In this document: piece by piece, positions 19,765-41,077 of the stretch
Position numbering within the stretch: the first letter of the stretch is position 1
Layout of the letters: the number at the start of each line of letters is the position of its first letter
Assembly (NCBI RefSeq): GCF_009914755.1
Contig: NC_060931.1
Reading direction: 5' to 3' (one strand)
From: the human T2T-CHM13v2.0 reference genome, Homo sapiens
Length of the DNA: 64,000 bases
The notes under the pieces: generated by a model
The model's input: only the letters and a program-made list of their open reading frames with translations
Databases searched by the model: none
What the model was told of the DNA's origin: nothing
Made by a program: the position numbers and the translations under genes

Positions 19765-22043
19765 TGATGAAAATCCACAAAAATACATACATACACACAA
19801 ACATAAATCAATTTCCTTGGAGTTGCTGGTATAAAGAATGCACTTTTAAAATGTTTGCTAGATCCAAATCGCTCTAGGGAAAAGTTTACCAGTTTCCCAT
19901 TCCTGTTCCTTAACCTTTTCATTTAGCCATGTTGGGTACTTAAAAGTTAGAGATCTTTGTTAGTTAGACAGGTGATAAATCATCTTGTTTTAATTCATGT
20001 TTCTTGGATTACTAGTGAAGTCCAACACTTCATATGTTAGCCAGGTCTTTTATTAACTATTCAGATGTTTGAAAACTTTAACAGCTGATCCTAATATTAT
20101 GTATATATATAGTATAATGCATACATGTATACATATATAGTATGTATATGTACATATCTATATTGTATATATGTATGTATATATTGTAAATATGTATATT
20201 ATGTATGTATATTGTATATATTTGTTATATATATTTGTTATGGGAAAATTTTAATATGTAGTTAAGTCTGTTAATCTTTTCCTTGTTTCTCTTTAGAAAA
20301 GCATTTAGAAAAGCTTTCCTACTCCAAAGTTATTTAAACATTTACACATATTTTAGTATACATTTAATTCTAAACCATTCTATATTTTATAGATGTTTGT
20401 TTTGAGATATGGATCCAACTTTACACTTTTTTTTTAATCTTTATCTTCTGTTTACAAGTCCTACACTTGTATCATTATAAACTAGGCATCTGACATTATG
20501 TGTGTGTGTTTTAAAAATAATTTTATTTTCAATTCCTAGAAAATGTGTACCACATAAAATTTGTCAGGCAGAACTTTAATTTAATTGTCCCCTTTTCAGA
20601 GTTTTCTATTCCTGTTTATTTTTCCATGTGACTTTCAGAATCATTTAGATTATTTTCTCAAGTATTCTGTTAGGATTTTGGTTGGAAACATATTAAATGT
20701 TTTTTACTTAGGGGATCTTTCCATTGAGAGCTTAGTAGAATTGTTTTTTTACATGTTCTCCATTAAGAGTTCGAACTGTTTTTTTTTTTTTTTTGAGACA
20801 AGAGTTTTACTCTGCCGCCCAGGCTGGAATGTGGTGGTGTAATCTCAGCTCATTGCAGCCTCTGCCTCCCAGGTTCAAGATTCTCCTTTCTCAGCCTCCC
20901 AAGTGGCTGGGATACAGGCCCCTGCCACCACACATGACTAATTTTTGTATTTTTAGTAGAGACGGGGCTTTATCATGTTGGCCAGGCTGGTAAGGGTTCC
21001 AAAATTTTCTTCATGTTCTTTTTTTAAGTTTCCAAAAATATTTTTGTTGCTTTTAGATATGGACTCCTCGTATTATAATATTTTTAACTAGTCACCACTT
21101 ATATTGTAAAGCTGATTCTTAATTGTTGTTGTTAAACTGGCCACATAACTTTTATTATCATTTTTAATAGTTTTCAGTGAATAAGTATAATGGCATTCTT
21201 GTTTCTGATTTTACTGATGTCTGATTTTTAGTGTTTCAGTCGTGTAATTTATAGGTTAAAAATAGAATATTATGTTTAAGAAGAATCTTTTTTCATGAAG
21301 CCTGCTTATTAGGATCAGCTGTTAAAGGTTTTTTTCAAATGACATTATATGCAATTGCTCTTTTGACCTTTTGATGACAGAATAGAATGTAATAACCATT
21401 AATTTAAAATGCTGTTATATTCTAATTCCTAGCCATGTATTTAGGACTTTGTATCTATGTTTTGTATCTGTGTTAATTTTGATTAACAGGTTATGACAGA
21501 TTGGCAGAATAAGCTGGAAAACTAATGTTTTATTTAGAATATAGATCCTGCTGGGTGCCGTGGCTCACGTCTCTAAACCCAACACTTGGGAGACTGAGGC
21601 GGGTGGATCGTTTGAGCTCAGGAGTTCAAGACCAGCCTGGGCAACATAGTGAAACCTCGTTACCACCAAAAATACAAAAAACTTAGCTGGGCATGGTGGC
21701 GCATGCCTATAATCCCAGCTACTCGGGAGACTCAAGCAAGAGAATTACTTGAACCTGGGAGGCAGAGGTTGCAGTGAGCTGAGATCATGCCACTGCACTC
21801 CAGCCTGGGTGACAGAGCAAGACTGTCTCAAAAATAATAATAGTAAAAAAAGCGATGTTTTAGTTATCTTAACTATTGTAATTATTTCTAAAATGTTATC
21901 CAGCAAACATACTTGGGGTAGAATGTTAGACATTTATTTTAAGATGAGGAATAGACAAGGATGTCCATTATTAGTTACTGTTCAGGTTGTCAGCATTTTT
22001 GAGGGATGGAGGAAGGTAGAGAAGGGTTTGAAAAGGCATAATT

Positions 22044-22082
<39 letters not shown>

Positions 22083-22493
22083 TTTGTTTGTTTGTTTGTT
22101 TGTTTGAGACAGGGTTTTGCTCTGTCACCCAGGCTGGAGTGCAGTGGTGTGATCATAGCTCACTGCAGCCTTGAAATCTTGGGCTCAAGTCATTCTACCG
22201 CCTCAGCCTCCCAAACAGCCGGGACTTACAGGCACATGTCACTATGCCCGGCTAATTTTTAATTTTATTCTTAGAGACAGAGTCTTGCTATATTGCCCAG
22301 GCTGGTCTCAAACTCCTGGCTTCAAGCGATCCTCCCAAAGTGGGAGGCCACAGTGGGAAGATTACAGGTGTGAGCAACTGTACCCAAACAGAAAAAATTA
22401 TTAATGGCAGACTTAAGTGATTGTCTATGTAAAGCACACAAGATAAACTATTATTAGCATTGATAGATTTGTGTGAATTGCTAGTAACTTTTA

Positions 22494-22806
22494 CAGTAGT
22501 CTCCCCTTATCTGTGGGTATGTGATCCAAGACTCACCACTTAGTGCCTGAAACTGCAGATAGTACCGAACCCTGCATAATACTGTTTTTACAATCTGATA
22601 ACCGAGGCAGCTACAAGTGACTAATGGGCAGGTAGCATCTACAGCAGGTAGAGCCAGGATGGTGTGAGATTTTATTATGCTACTCAGAACTGCTCACAAA
22701 TTAAAACTCATTAATTGTTTCTGGAATTTTCCATTTAATATTTTCAGACTGCAGTTGACCTCTGATAACTGGGGTAAGCAAAACTATGGATAAAGTGGAA
22801 CTACTG
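22494..22806 (-). mobile_element. MER44/Tigger7-type DNA transposon fossil
   Basis: Terminal inverted repeats CAGTAGTCTCCCCTTATC / GATAAAGTGGAACTACTG and internal TCTGGAATTTTCCATTTAATATTTTC. Confidence 0.75.
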
Positions 22807-25800
22807 TGTGTAGAAGAAGAGGCCATGAATAGCTAAGGTAATTTCAAAGAACAAGATTTTGGATTTGTTCTACCAGATATAAAGATTCCTGGGACAAATG
22901 ATTATCTACAAGAAGAAATAGGAAGAGGCAAATTTTGAAAAAAAAATAACACATTTTCATAGATCTGAATGGGAAAACTTTAAAATACTGAGAAAGAACA
23001 AATACACTTTGACTAGCAACTCCACTTCTGGACATATATATATTTAGCTTATTTCTGTCTGTATAATTTTATATATAATTATAAAGTGAAAAAAGGTAAA
23101 TATCTTAAATATTCATTTGTAGGAGAACAGTTAAATAATATGGATAAAAGTATAGAATGACTCCATTGTATTAAATAAGTATTTCTATATAGTGCATAGA
23201 GTATTTGAAAACTGAAACTGATTGTGGGTTATAATAGAGCAGATTGTTTTAAAAAGAGACTTGTGAGCCAAGACTAAATCCTGGTTTTACTATTTATTAA
23301 TCTGTATAGCTATAGCCAAGCTATTAAAACTCCCTTATTTCTCAGTTTTTTCGTTCATGAAGTGGGTACAGTACCTAAAGGTTTATGTTGAGGATTAAGT
23401 AACTGAATAGTGCCTTGTACATACTTCAGGGCTCCCTGAATGTTTGCTGTTGTGACTGAGAGAAGAACTGGGTGGGAGTGGGGAAGGGGGAATTTTGCTG
23501 CTGCTTTGATGCTTATTTTTTATCTTGATTAAGAAAAATGTATTTGTAATAAAATAAATTTTTAAGTAGGAATTTATGGGTTCCAGTCAACAAAGCAACA
23601 ATATTCACTCTTGAGACTTTCCTTCCGGTTTTAAACTACTTTCTGTCTAGTTCCACCTTAAATATCTGATAGAAAAAGATTAATGAAGAACTGTCTAAAG
23701 TATACGTAATCCGTGGCTCATGCCTGTAATCCCAGCACTTTGGGAGGCTAAGGTGGGTGGATCATTTAAGGCCAGGAGTTCAACACTAGCCTGGCCAACA
23801 TAGCAAAACCCCGTCTCTACTAAAAATACAAAAATCAGCTGTGCTTGGTGGTGCGCATCTATAGTCCTAGCTACTCGGGAGACTGAGGCACGAGAATCAC
23901 TTGAACCCAGGAGGCGGAGGTTGCAGTGAGCCGAGGTCAGCCGAGATCACACCACTGCACTCCAGCCTGGGTGACAGAGTGAGACTCCATCTCAACAACA
24001 ACAACAACAACAACAACAACAAGAAGTATATGTAATCCATTTATTCCTTGTCATTTAAACACTGGAACTTACTCTCTTCAATTTCACGTGATTTATTTCT
24101 CTGCTCTCTATTGGAAGAGATTATAGAATAAGCAAATTCTATGCTTGCTAGGAGGAAATGGTATAAATAAAATATCCTAGCATAGGAACCATTCACTTTG
24201 AAAATTTAGATCTCCAGTAAGTGCTCAAATCGGCTCTCAGGCCACACTTGAACTCAAAATTTTCAGTCTTGAATAAGCATCAAAATCATATGTTAAGTTT
24301 ATTTTCCATGTAATTTTTAAATTGTAATATGTTTACATTAAAGTTAAATTAAGTACACTTAATGGATTTTTAAATTATATTAACACTCACATAATGACCT
24401 AGGTCGAGATGGAGAAAATCTGTGTTACTCCAGATCATGTTCTTCTCAATCAGTACCCCTAGAAGAAATTACTATTCTAACACTCGGTTAGTTTTGCCTG
24501 TTCTTAAGCTTAATTTGTTCCAATAAATCTGCTAAGTTAGATGATACAGAAAAATACAGCTTAAAACTGACAGAAGAAATCCCAAAATCTTGTATCTATT
24601 AATGAGAATGAATCTGTAATTGAAAATCTTTCCACACACACAAAAAAACAAATGTGACTGCAGCCTCAGAATGCTTTCCTGATGAATTCTTCCAAATACT
24701 TCAGGAAAAAAATATTTTTTTATACACCGTGAGATTAGAGATAGAAGGAACATGTTCCAACTGGTGTTCTGAGTTTAGTGCAACTCTAACACCAAAACCT
24801 GACATGGGACTTTACAAAAATGTTACAAGCCAATATTTCTCTTGAACATCCTTAAAAAAAAAGTTGGAAAATCCAGAGGTTTTTTTTTTCTTTCTTTCTT
24901 CCTTTCTTTTTTTTTTTTTTTTTTTTGAGATGGAGTCTCACTCTTGTTGCCCAGGTTGGAGTGCAGTGGCACCATCTAGGCTCACTGCAACCTCCACTTC
25001 CTGGGGTTCAAGAGATTCCCCTGCCTCAGCATCCCGAGTAGTTGGGATTACAGGTGTGCACCACCACGCCCAGCTAATTTTTGTATTTTTAGTAGAGATG
25101 GGGTTTCCCCATGTTGGCCAGGCTGGTCTCAAGTTCCTGACCTCAAGTGATCCTCCCCGCCTTGGCCTCCCAAAGTGCTGGGATTACAGGTGTGAGCCAC
25201 CGTGCCCGGTGAAATTTTTTTTTTTCTAAAGGATGATATATCAGGATCACATGGGATTTATTTCAGGAATGCAAGGTTGGGTAAACATTCATAAATCAAT
25301 GTAATTTACCACTTTCACTGAATAAGGGAGAAAAATCATGTGATAATCTCAAATTCAGAAACTGTAAAATTAAACGCCCACTTGTGATAAAAACTCTCAG
25401 CAGACTAGAAATGCAAGGAACATAGATGATCTGATAAAAGGTATCTATAAAAAACCTATAGTTAACATACCTGAAGAGGAAATACTGAACACTCTCTCCC
25501 TTAAGTCCAGAACAAGATAAGGATGTTTACTATCACTGTTTCTTGTCAATATTTTACTAAAGTTTGGGCCATAAGGTAAGGAGAATAAAAAAATATATAT
25601 ATATAAAGATTGTAGGCTGAGCACAGTGGCTTACACCCATAATCTCAGCACTTTGGGAGGCCGAGGTGTGATGATTGCTTGAGCCCAGGAATTCGACAGA
25701 GGCTGCAGTGAACTATCATTGCATCACCGCAGCCTGGGTGACAGAGTGAGATCCTGTTTCTAAAAAAAAATTAGAAGAAGTAATTGGAAAGGAAGAAATA

Positions 25801-26326
25801 AAGCTGTGTTTATGTGTAGATGACATGATTGTATTCATAGAAAATCAAAAAGAACCTACAAACAATAAACTTATTTAGTAACAAAACTAAATAAAAGATC
25901 AACATACAAAAATTAATTGTATATATATAGATTAGACAAAGATTTAGAAAATGAAACTCAGTAAACACTGCTTACATTACTGTCAAAAACAAATACTAAG
26001 AAATACAACCTAAAAAGATGTACTTCACTAAAAACTACAAAATATTGCTGAGATGGTAAAGAAGACCTAAAAAAAAGATAAATGTATCTATGTATATATC
26101 TTGCAATATTTTGTATTCTATTTATATATTTTATATTTATATTATATATGTGTGTACAGTGTTTATATATAGTGGTTTTATATAGTTTATAGTATAGAGT
26201 GTATATAGAGACTAAATATATATACACACATATATACAGACTGTATGTATACATATATATATAGAGAGAGAGAGAGAGAGACACACACACACATAAAGAG
26301 AGAAAGTGCTTACATATATAAATACA

Positions 26327-26646
26327 CACTGTCCCCTGGTATCTGTGGGAGATTGGTTCCAGGACCCTCTAGGATTCCAAAATTCACAGATGTCTAAGGC
26401 CCTTATATAAAATGATGTAGTATTTCCATATAACTTATGCTCATCCTCCTGTATTCTTTAAATCATGTCTAGATTACTTACAGTAGCTGATACAAACTGC
26501 TATGTAAATATGTTATACCATATTGTTTAGAGAATGACAAGGAAAAAAAGGCTGTACATATTCAGTATGGATGAAACCATCCATTTTTTTTCCTGAATGT
26601 TTTTAAGCTGCAGTTGGTTGAATCCATGGATGCGATAGCTGACAGT
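26327..26646 (+). mobile_element. MER2 (TcMar-Tigger) fossil
   Basis: GTCCCCTGGTATCTGTGGGAGATTGGTTCCAGGACCC...GCAGTTGGTTGAATCCATGGATGCG matches MER2 consensus hallmarks (from recall). Confidence 0.75.
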
Positions 26647-26653
26647 ATGTATA

Positions 26654-29514
<2,861 letters not shown>

Positions 29515-29547
29515 TCTATATAACCAGAAAACTAGATAAATAGGTAG

Positions 29548-29922
<375 letters not shown>

Positions 29923-30378
29923 TAATTTATAGATCAATGCAATTATAATCAGAATCCTAGCAGGTCTGTGTGTGTGTGTAAATTGACATGTTGAGACTAA
30001 AATGTATGTGAAAATGCAGAGGGACTAGTGTAGCCAAGCCAACCTTGAAGAACAAAGTTGAAGAACTTACTCTACCAGATTTCAATGCTTAATGTAAAGC
30101 AACAACTATTAAGACAGTGTGATATTAGCATAAAGATAGACGTAGACCAGGGCCAGGTGCGGTGGCTCATGCCTCTAATCCCTGCACTTTGGGAGGCCGA
30201 GGCAGTGGATCGTGGTCAGGAGTTTGAGACCAGCCTGGCCAACATGGTGAAACCCTGTCTCTACTGAAAATACAAAAATTAGCCAGGTGTGGGGGCATGA
30301 GCCTGTAGTCCCAGCTACCCAGGAGGCTGAGGCAGGAGAATTGCTTGAACCCAGGAGGCAGAGGTTGCAGTGAGCCTA

Positions 30379-30900
<522 letters not shown>

Positions 30901-31819
30901 TCATTTTGCTGGAGCAATTGGGTTCCATGTGGGGAAAGAAAGGAAGCTTGGCTCATACATCACACCATATTCAAACATTAATTTGAGATAGATTCTAGAC
31001 ATACATACAGAAGGTTAATGTCAAAGCTTGTAGAAAAAATTGTTATGATCTTGAACAAAATAGAAAATCACTAATAATACTTCATTAAACTTAGGAACAA
31101 GTCCATGTATTCTTATAGTTATTCTAAGCAGTATCTTCAAATCAAGCTAGGCTTCATAACATTTAAGTACTTCCACCATTATCCACCATTATCTTGAAGT
31201 TTGTAGAATTACCTAAACTAACATTTTATTGTTATGCTCTCAGCTTTTTATCGAAGGGCACTATAGGAAACATTCACATGAAATTATTACTGGGCTGAGC
31301 ATGGTGTCTCATGCCTGTAATCCCAGCAGTTTGGGAGGCTGAGGCGGGAGAATCACTTGAACCCAGGAGTTTAAGACCAGCCTGGGCAACACAATCAGAC
31401 CCTGTCTCTACAAAAAATTAAAAAATTAGCTGAGGCAGTGGTGCATGATTGTAATCCCAGCTACTCAGGACGGAGGATTGCTTGAGCCCAGGAGGTGGAG
31501 GCTGTAGTCAGCTGTGATTGCACCACTATGCTCCAGCCTTGGTGACAGTGAGACCCTGTCTCTAGAAAAATTTTAAAAAAATTATTACCGCATTTGCTGT
31601 AGATGATTAACTAACACTTTAGTATTTACTGTGCATTAGGCAGTATTCTTAGCTCTTATAAATATTACATCACTTGGTCCTCATAATGCCTATGAAGTAG
31701 ATAGTATTCCTATGTACATTTTACAGATGAGGACACTGGTGAAAAGACATTAAATTACCCAAGGTTAGTAGCCAGGGACTGCCACTTAGTATCAGGGATG
31801 GAATTTGAGCATAATCAGT

Positions 31820-32198
31820 GTATTAGTAAGCTAAGGCTGCCATTACAAATTTCCACAGGCTATGTGGCTGAAACAACAGAAATTGACTTCTCACAGTTAC
31901 GGAGGTAGAAGTCCCAGATAAAGGTCTGGCATGATTTGATTTCTGGTGAGCGCTCTCTTCCTGGTTTGCAGACAGCTGCCTTTTCATTTTGTCCTCACAT
32001 GGCCTTTCCTCCGAGTCCATGAGGAGAAAGAAGAGTGAGCTCTCTGGTGTCTCTTTCTATCAGGGCACTGATCCCATTGGATCAGGGCCTCACCTTCATG
32101 GCCTCATTTAACCTTAATTTTTTTTTTTTTACCCCAAATATAGTCACACTGGGCTTCAACATGAATTTTGAGAGAATACATATAGTAAGTCTATAACC
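31820..32198 (-). mobile_element. MLT1A-type MaLR solo LTR
   Basis: GGCTGCCATTACAAA...AAACAACAGAAATTGACTTCTCACAGTT..GGAGG...TCTCTTCCTGGTTTGCAGA hallmarks. Confidence 0.75.
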
Positions 32199-32244
32199 AT
32201 TCCATCACCCAAAAATTAATGTCCTTCTTGCATGCTGATATAAA

Positions 32245-32424
32245 TGACCAGATCTCATGAGAACTCACTACCATGAGAACAGTACCAAGGGAAATGGTGC
32301 TAGAGCATTCATGAGAAATCCACCGCCACGATCCAGTCGCCTCCCACCAGACCCCACCTCCAACACTGGGGATTACATTTCACTGTGAGACTTTGGGGCT
32401 GGGGACACGTATCCACACTGTAAC
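32245..32424 (-). mobile_element. MSTB-type MaLR LTR fragment
   Basis: CCAGATCTCATGAGAACTCACT...CCTCCCACCAGACCCCACCTCCAACACTGGGGATTACATTTCA. Confidence 0.75.
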
Positions 32425-33780
32425 AGATGGAGAAATGAGAGCAGAGAAAATAACCAAAAACATTGGTGGAAACTACCACATGGTGAAAAACTCCAGGGAA
32501 ATTTCAAGCTCAGGGCCAATAAATTCAGGAAGTCCTTTTTCATGCCAGTGTAACAGATGCAGCAAAAGACAACGTACAGAGACTCCACTTAAAATGGTGG
32601 TGGTAGGGAGAATTCTATAGTGGAGAAAAAAGTTTGTGAAAGCTATGAAGATAAATTTGTTGAATTTGTAGTTCAAATTTGTGTTATAATTGCAACTGTG
32701 TTAACTGTTAAAAGGACACAATTTGAATCACTCTTTTGCCTTTCTTCTATAACATTTCTGACCAGGCTGGGTGTGGTAACTCAGGCCTATAACTCCAGCA
32801 CTTTGGGAGGCTGAGGTGAAAGGATCTCTTGAGGCCAAGGGTTGCAGGCTGCAGTGAGCTGTGGCTGCATCATTACACTCCAGCCTGGGCAAGAGAGCAA
32901 GACCCTGTCTCAAAAAAGAAAACAAAAATCTAAGGCCTGGCGTGGTGGCTCACGCCTGTAATCCCAACACTTTTTCTTTTCTTTTTTTTTTTTTTTTTGT
33001 CACCTGAGCTGGAGTGCAGTGGCACAAACATGGCTCGCTGCGGCCTCAACCTCTTGCACTCAGGTGATCCTTCTGCTTCAGCCTCCCTTGTAGATGGGAC
33101 CCTAGGTGTGTGGCACCAAGCCTGGCTAATTTTTTTTACAGGGTTTCTCTTTGTTGCCCAGGCTGATCAAACTCCTGAGCTCATGTGATCCTACCCTCTT
33201 GGCCTCCCAAAGCACTGGGATGACAGGCGTGAGCCCCCACGCCTGGCCAATCCCAGCACTTTGGGAAGCCAAGGTGGGAGAATCACTTGAGCCACGGAGT
33301 TTGAGACCAGCCCTGGCAAAACAGCAAGACCCCCATCTCTACAAAAATAGCATTTAAAAATTAGCCAGCCATGGTGAAGCATGCCTGTAGTCCCAGATAC
33401 TTGTGAGGCTGAGGTGGGAGGATCACTTGAGCCCAGGAAGTTGAGGCTGAAGTGAACCATAGTCACGCTACTGCACTTCAGCCTGGGCAACAGAGTGAGA
33501 CTCTGCCCCCCGCCGCCTCAAATTTTTTTCTGATGAAATAGTGTGACGGGACAATAAGAGATTTTCCATTCCATGCTTCATTTTTGTAACCTATTCATCG
33601 ATCTGACCTTCTATTTAATGGTATTAGGCCTTGAAGCAATTTGAAACAACAGCCTTGGGTAGGAAGCAATGATTCATAATTCTATAGTTCTGAGAGAAGC
33701 CTGATAATGTTTGTCTCTTTTTCTCTATCTTATCTCCTATTATGTCTCCCATTTTCTTGGGGGAATAATCCAGCTTTTTA

Positions 33781-34123
<343 letters not shown>

Positions 34124-34494
34124 TCATCCTCCTTAAATGAACCACTAAAATTTTTTAAAAAGTATAAAGGCAAATTGAGAAACGAATAGATCTAGATATC
34201 CCATTATCCATCCTACAGGGGTTCCAAAAGAAGAAAACACAGAGAATTTGGAGGAGGAAATAAAGAAATACTAGAAGAAAAATTCCCAGAGTTAAAGGAG
34301 ACATGAGTCTTCTAATTTAAGAGGCCTATAGAATACCAAGCAAGATACATGACAAAGGTTTCAAACTTGGAATACATCAAAGTAAAATTTCAGAATTTTA
34401 GATTTTATTGGAACTTTAGATGTATTTATATTGAGAAAATAACAAAACAAGATTGTCTACAAAAGAAAGAATCAGACTGGCATCCACCTCCTCA

Positions 34495-34853
<359 letters not shown>

Positions 34854-34914
34854 TTACCATACTAAGTGTGTTAAGGAATACACTTTTCTCTAAGGAATAG
34901 CTTTTCTCTAAGCG

Positions 34915-35050
34915 TTCCCTTGGCCTTCTTGCTTTGACTGAAACCTGGCTCTTCCCTGAGGACACTGATTGCCCTGTCGCTTTCTCCAGTGATGACTGTT
35001 TTCTCTCCTGTGTACCACTGGGTTTGGAGTCTAGCTGGAGGTTCTTATTT
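34915..35050 (+). mobile_element. LINE-2 ORF2 endonuclease fragment
   Basis: From 34925 it translates LLALTETWLFPEDTDCPVAFSSDDCFLS, the APE-domain LTETW motif of L2/CR1 elements. Confidence 0.65.
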
Positions 35051-35075
35051 CACAGATAGATAAATAAATAGGAGA

Positions 35076-36987
<1,912 letters not shown>

Positions 36988-37415
36988 ATAAATAGGAGAA
37001 ATCCCATAACTCCTACTACATCGGTTCTACCTTTTGCAACCATTTCCATTTCACTAACTTCTGTCCTGCTGCTATGGAAAAACTATCTGGACTCCTAGAA
37101 AATCTCTGCTTGCCAAACAAAGAACACACCAGCTCACCACTCTCTCCTGCCTCATTTTTTCCCCCATATAAGGTCCATGAGGGCCACAGTTTTGTTTGTT
37201 TGTTTTGATTTTCTCTGCTCCTAGCATCAAGTACTGTGCCTGGCACACTATACAAGCTTAGTCTTTAATGAACAAATACAAATTAAATCTGTATATGGGC
37301 TGAGTGTGGTGGTTCATGCCTGTAATTCCAGCACTTTGGGAGGCCAAGGTGGGCCTATCACTTGAGGCTGCCAATTTTGAGACCAGCCTGGCCAACATGG
37401 TGAAATCCCATCTCA

Positions 37416-38145
<730 letters not shown>

Positions 38146-38665
38146 TGAACTCCTAACCTCGTGATTCTCCTGCCTCAGCTTCCCAAAAGTGCTGGGATTA
38201 CAGGCGTGAGCCACTGTGCCCGGCCACCATGTTTTCTTTCTACCATTGCATGTTGACTGAGCTGGAGTCAGTTAAGTGTAATTTGGCAATCATTTGCCAT
38301 GAGAGGTTGTATTATATCTAGACCTGAAAAGAAACACAAATCATCCATGGGTTTCTGACCCTCAATCGGAATGAATAATGAGACGTTCAGCTATCTCCCT
38401 GAGGAGGTGTGTTTTGTCATGTAGGTTAGACAGTTACATTAGCTGGGGTGTGACCATTTTTAAGAAAGTATATAGATGCTAAATGCAGTGTGGAATCCTG
38501 GATTGGATCTTGGAACAGAAAAAGATAATTATTGGAAAAAGCAATGAAAGACAAATGAAGTCTGTAATTTGTTTAGTATTCTTAGTTTTAACACATGTTC
38601 TATGGTTGTGTAAGATGTTAGCATCAGGGAAAGTTGTGTGAAGGCTATATGGGAACTCTGTACTA

Positions 38666-38929
<264 letters not shown>

Positions 38930-40714
38930 TCACTTGAGCCCAGGAGGTCAAGGCTGCAGTGAGCCATGATGGTGCCACTGCACTCCAGGCTGGGTGAGAG
39001 CAAGACCCTGTTTTCAAAATAAGAAGAAAAAAAGAAAACTACAAAAACAAAAACCAAAATAGTGTATTATAGCAAAAGGTTTGTGTATGGAAACTGGGCT
39101 GCCAGGACATAGAATGTCTTTTCTGGCCAGGCGTGGTGGCTCATGCCTGTAATCCCAGCACTTTGGGAGACCGAGGCAGGCGGATCATGAGGTCAAGAGA
39201 TCGAGACCATCCTGGCCAACATGGTGAAACCCCGTCTCTACTAAAAATGCAAAAATTAGCTGGGCATGGTGACGTGCGCCTGTAGTCTCAGCTACAAGGG
39301 GGGCTGAGGCAGGAGAATCGCTTCAACCTGGGAGGCAGAGGCTGCAGTGAGCCAAGATCACGTCACTGCACTCCAGCCTGGTGACAGAGCAAGACTCCGT
39401 CTCAAAAAAGAAAAAAAAAAGAATGTCTTTTCTTACTGAGTATTCATTTTTTTTCTCAACAACATTCTATTTTCTACTGGGAAACTGTGCATTCCCTTAT
39501 TCTCCATCTTTGTGATTTAGAGGGACGCTAATTCCACCTCTGCCTCTACGGATAGCAAGTGACCTAGACTTGACCCGCTGAGCAACATCACATCTTCTTG
39601 GTCACAGTTGCAGATTCAGGGATGGACATGTGATTTAATCAGAACAAATGAGGTGCAATTACAAGACTCTTGTGAAACTGTTAAGAAGCCTGCCAGGTTG
39701 AGGCTGCAGTGAGCTATGATAGTGCTACTGTACCCTAGCCTGAGCGACACACTAAGACCCTGCTTGAAAAAAAAAAAAAAAAAAAAAAGCCAGAATCTCT
39801 CCTTTCCACTGGGGGGTTGATAAGAAGAGTTGTGTTAATCTTATTGTCATCACGAGGTGAGAGGCTGCTGGAAAACGGGACCAAGACAGGAAAGAGCAGA
39901 ACAAAAGAGCACAGCCAAGGACTGACAGCATTACTGAAACTCCTTTACCCAGCCAGGCCCTGGACTTTTAAAATAAAGTATGTTTGTTCCATGAGGCCAT
40001 TTAAGTTGGGTTTTCTGAATCTTACAACTTGACAGAATCCAGACTAAGACAAAAATCGCTAACTATAGTGAGGTAATGCAAAACCGTGAATTAGTATGAA
40101 ACCATCAAAAAATGTATTTGTTAGTGCATATGAAAATCTTTGGAGGCAGGATGCAGTGGCTCATGCCTGTAATCCTAGCACTTTGGGAGGCTGAGGCAGG
40201 CGGATCACTTTATGTCGGGAGTGTGAGACATGCCTAGGCAACATGGGGAAACCCCCGTCTCTACTAAAAATACAAAAATTAGCTGGGCATGGTCGCGCAC
40301 ACTGGTAATCCCAACTACTTGGGAGGCTGAGGCGGGAGGATCGTTTGATCCGAGAGGCAGACGTTGCAGTGAGCCAAGATCCCACCACTGCACTCCAGCA
40401 TGGGCGACAGAGCAAGACTCCATCTCAAAAAAACAAACAACAACAACAACAAAAAAACAAACTTTGGAAAGACTAATCAGTTAACTGGATTGGGATTACA
40501 AGAGATTTTCACATTCTGCTCTACACATTTCTGAATTATTTGAATTTTTTAACAGGAGCATATATGATTCATATTACCAGAAATAGCAAACATCAAGCTG
40601 AACTGCAGCTAAGGAGTGTCTGTGATAAAGAGAAAACTGTTTGATTATTAAACAAAAGACAATTGAAGCCTCAGTTCTTTTAATTTGCCTTGTTCAATTA
40701 GTTACTTAACTTTA

Positions 40715-41077
<363 letters not shown>

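Noticed and set aside
25958-26329. 123-aa Tyr/Ile-rich ORF
   Set aside because: Translation of degenerate (TA)n/(GA)n/(CA)n low-complexity sequence.
34872-34912. Short direct duplication TAAGGAATA(CA/G)CTTTTCTC
   Set aside because: A two-copy micro-duplication at a repeat junction, most likely replication slippage, with no functional signal.
39480-40030. Possible old MLT1-type LTR fragments (also 51590-51960) and L1ME-like pieces (120-800, 5290-5640, 34150-34540, 38480-38700)
   Set aside because: They resemble ancient repeats but are too diverged to assign a family or boundaries by eye.
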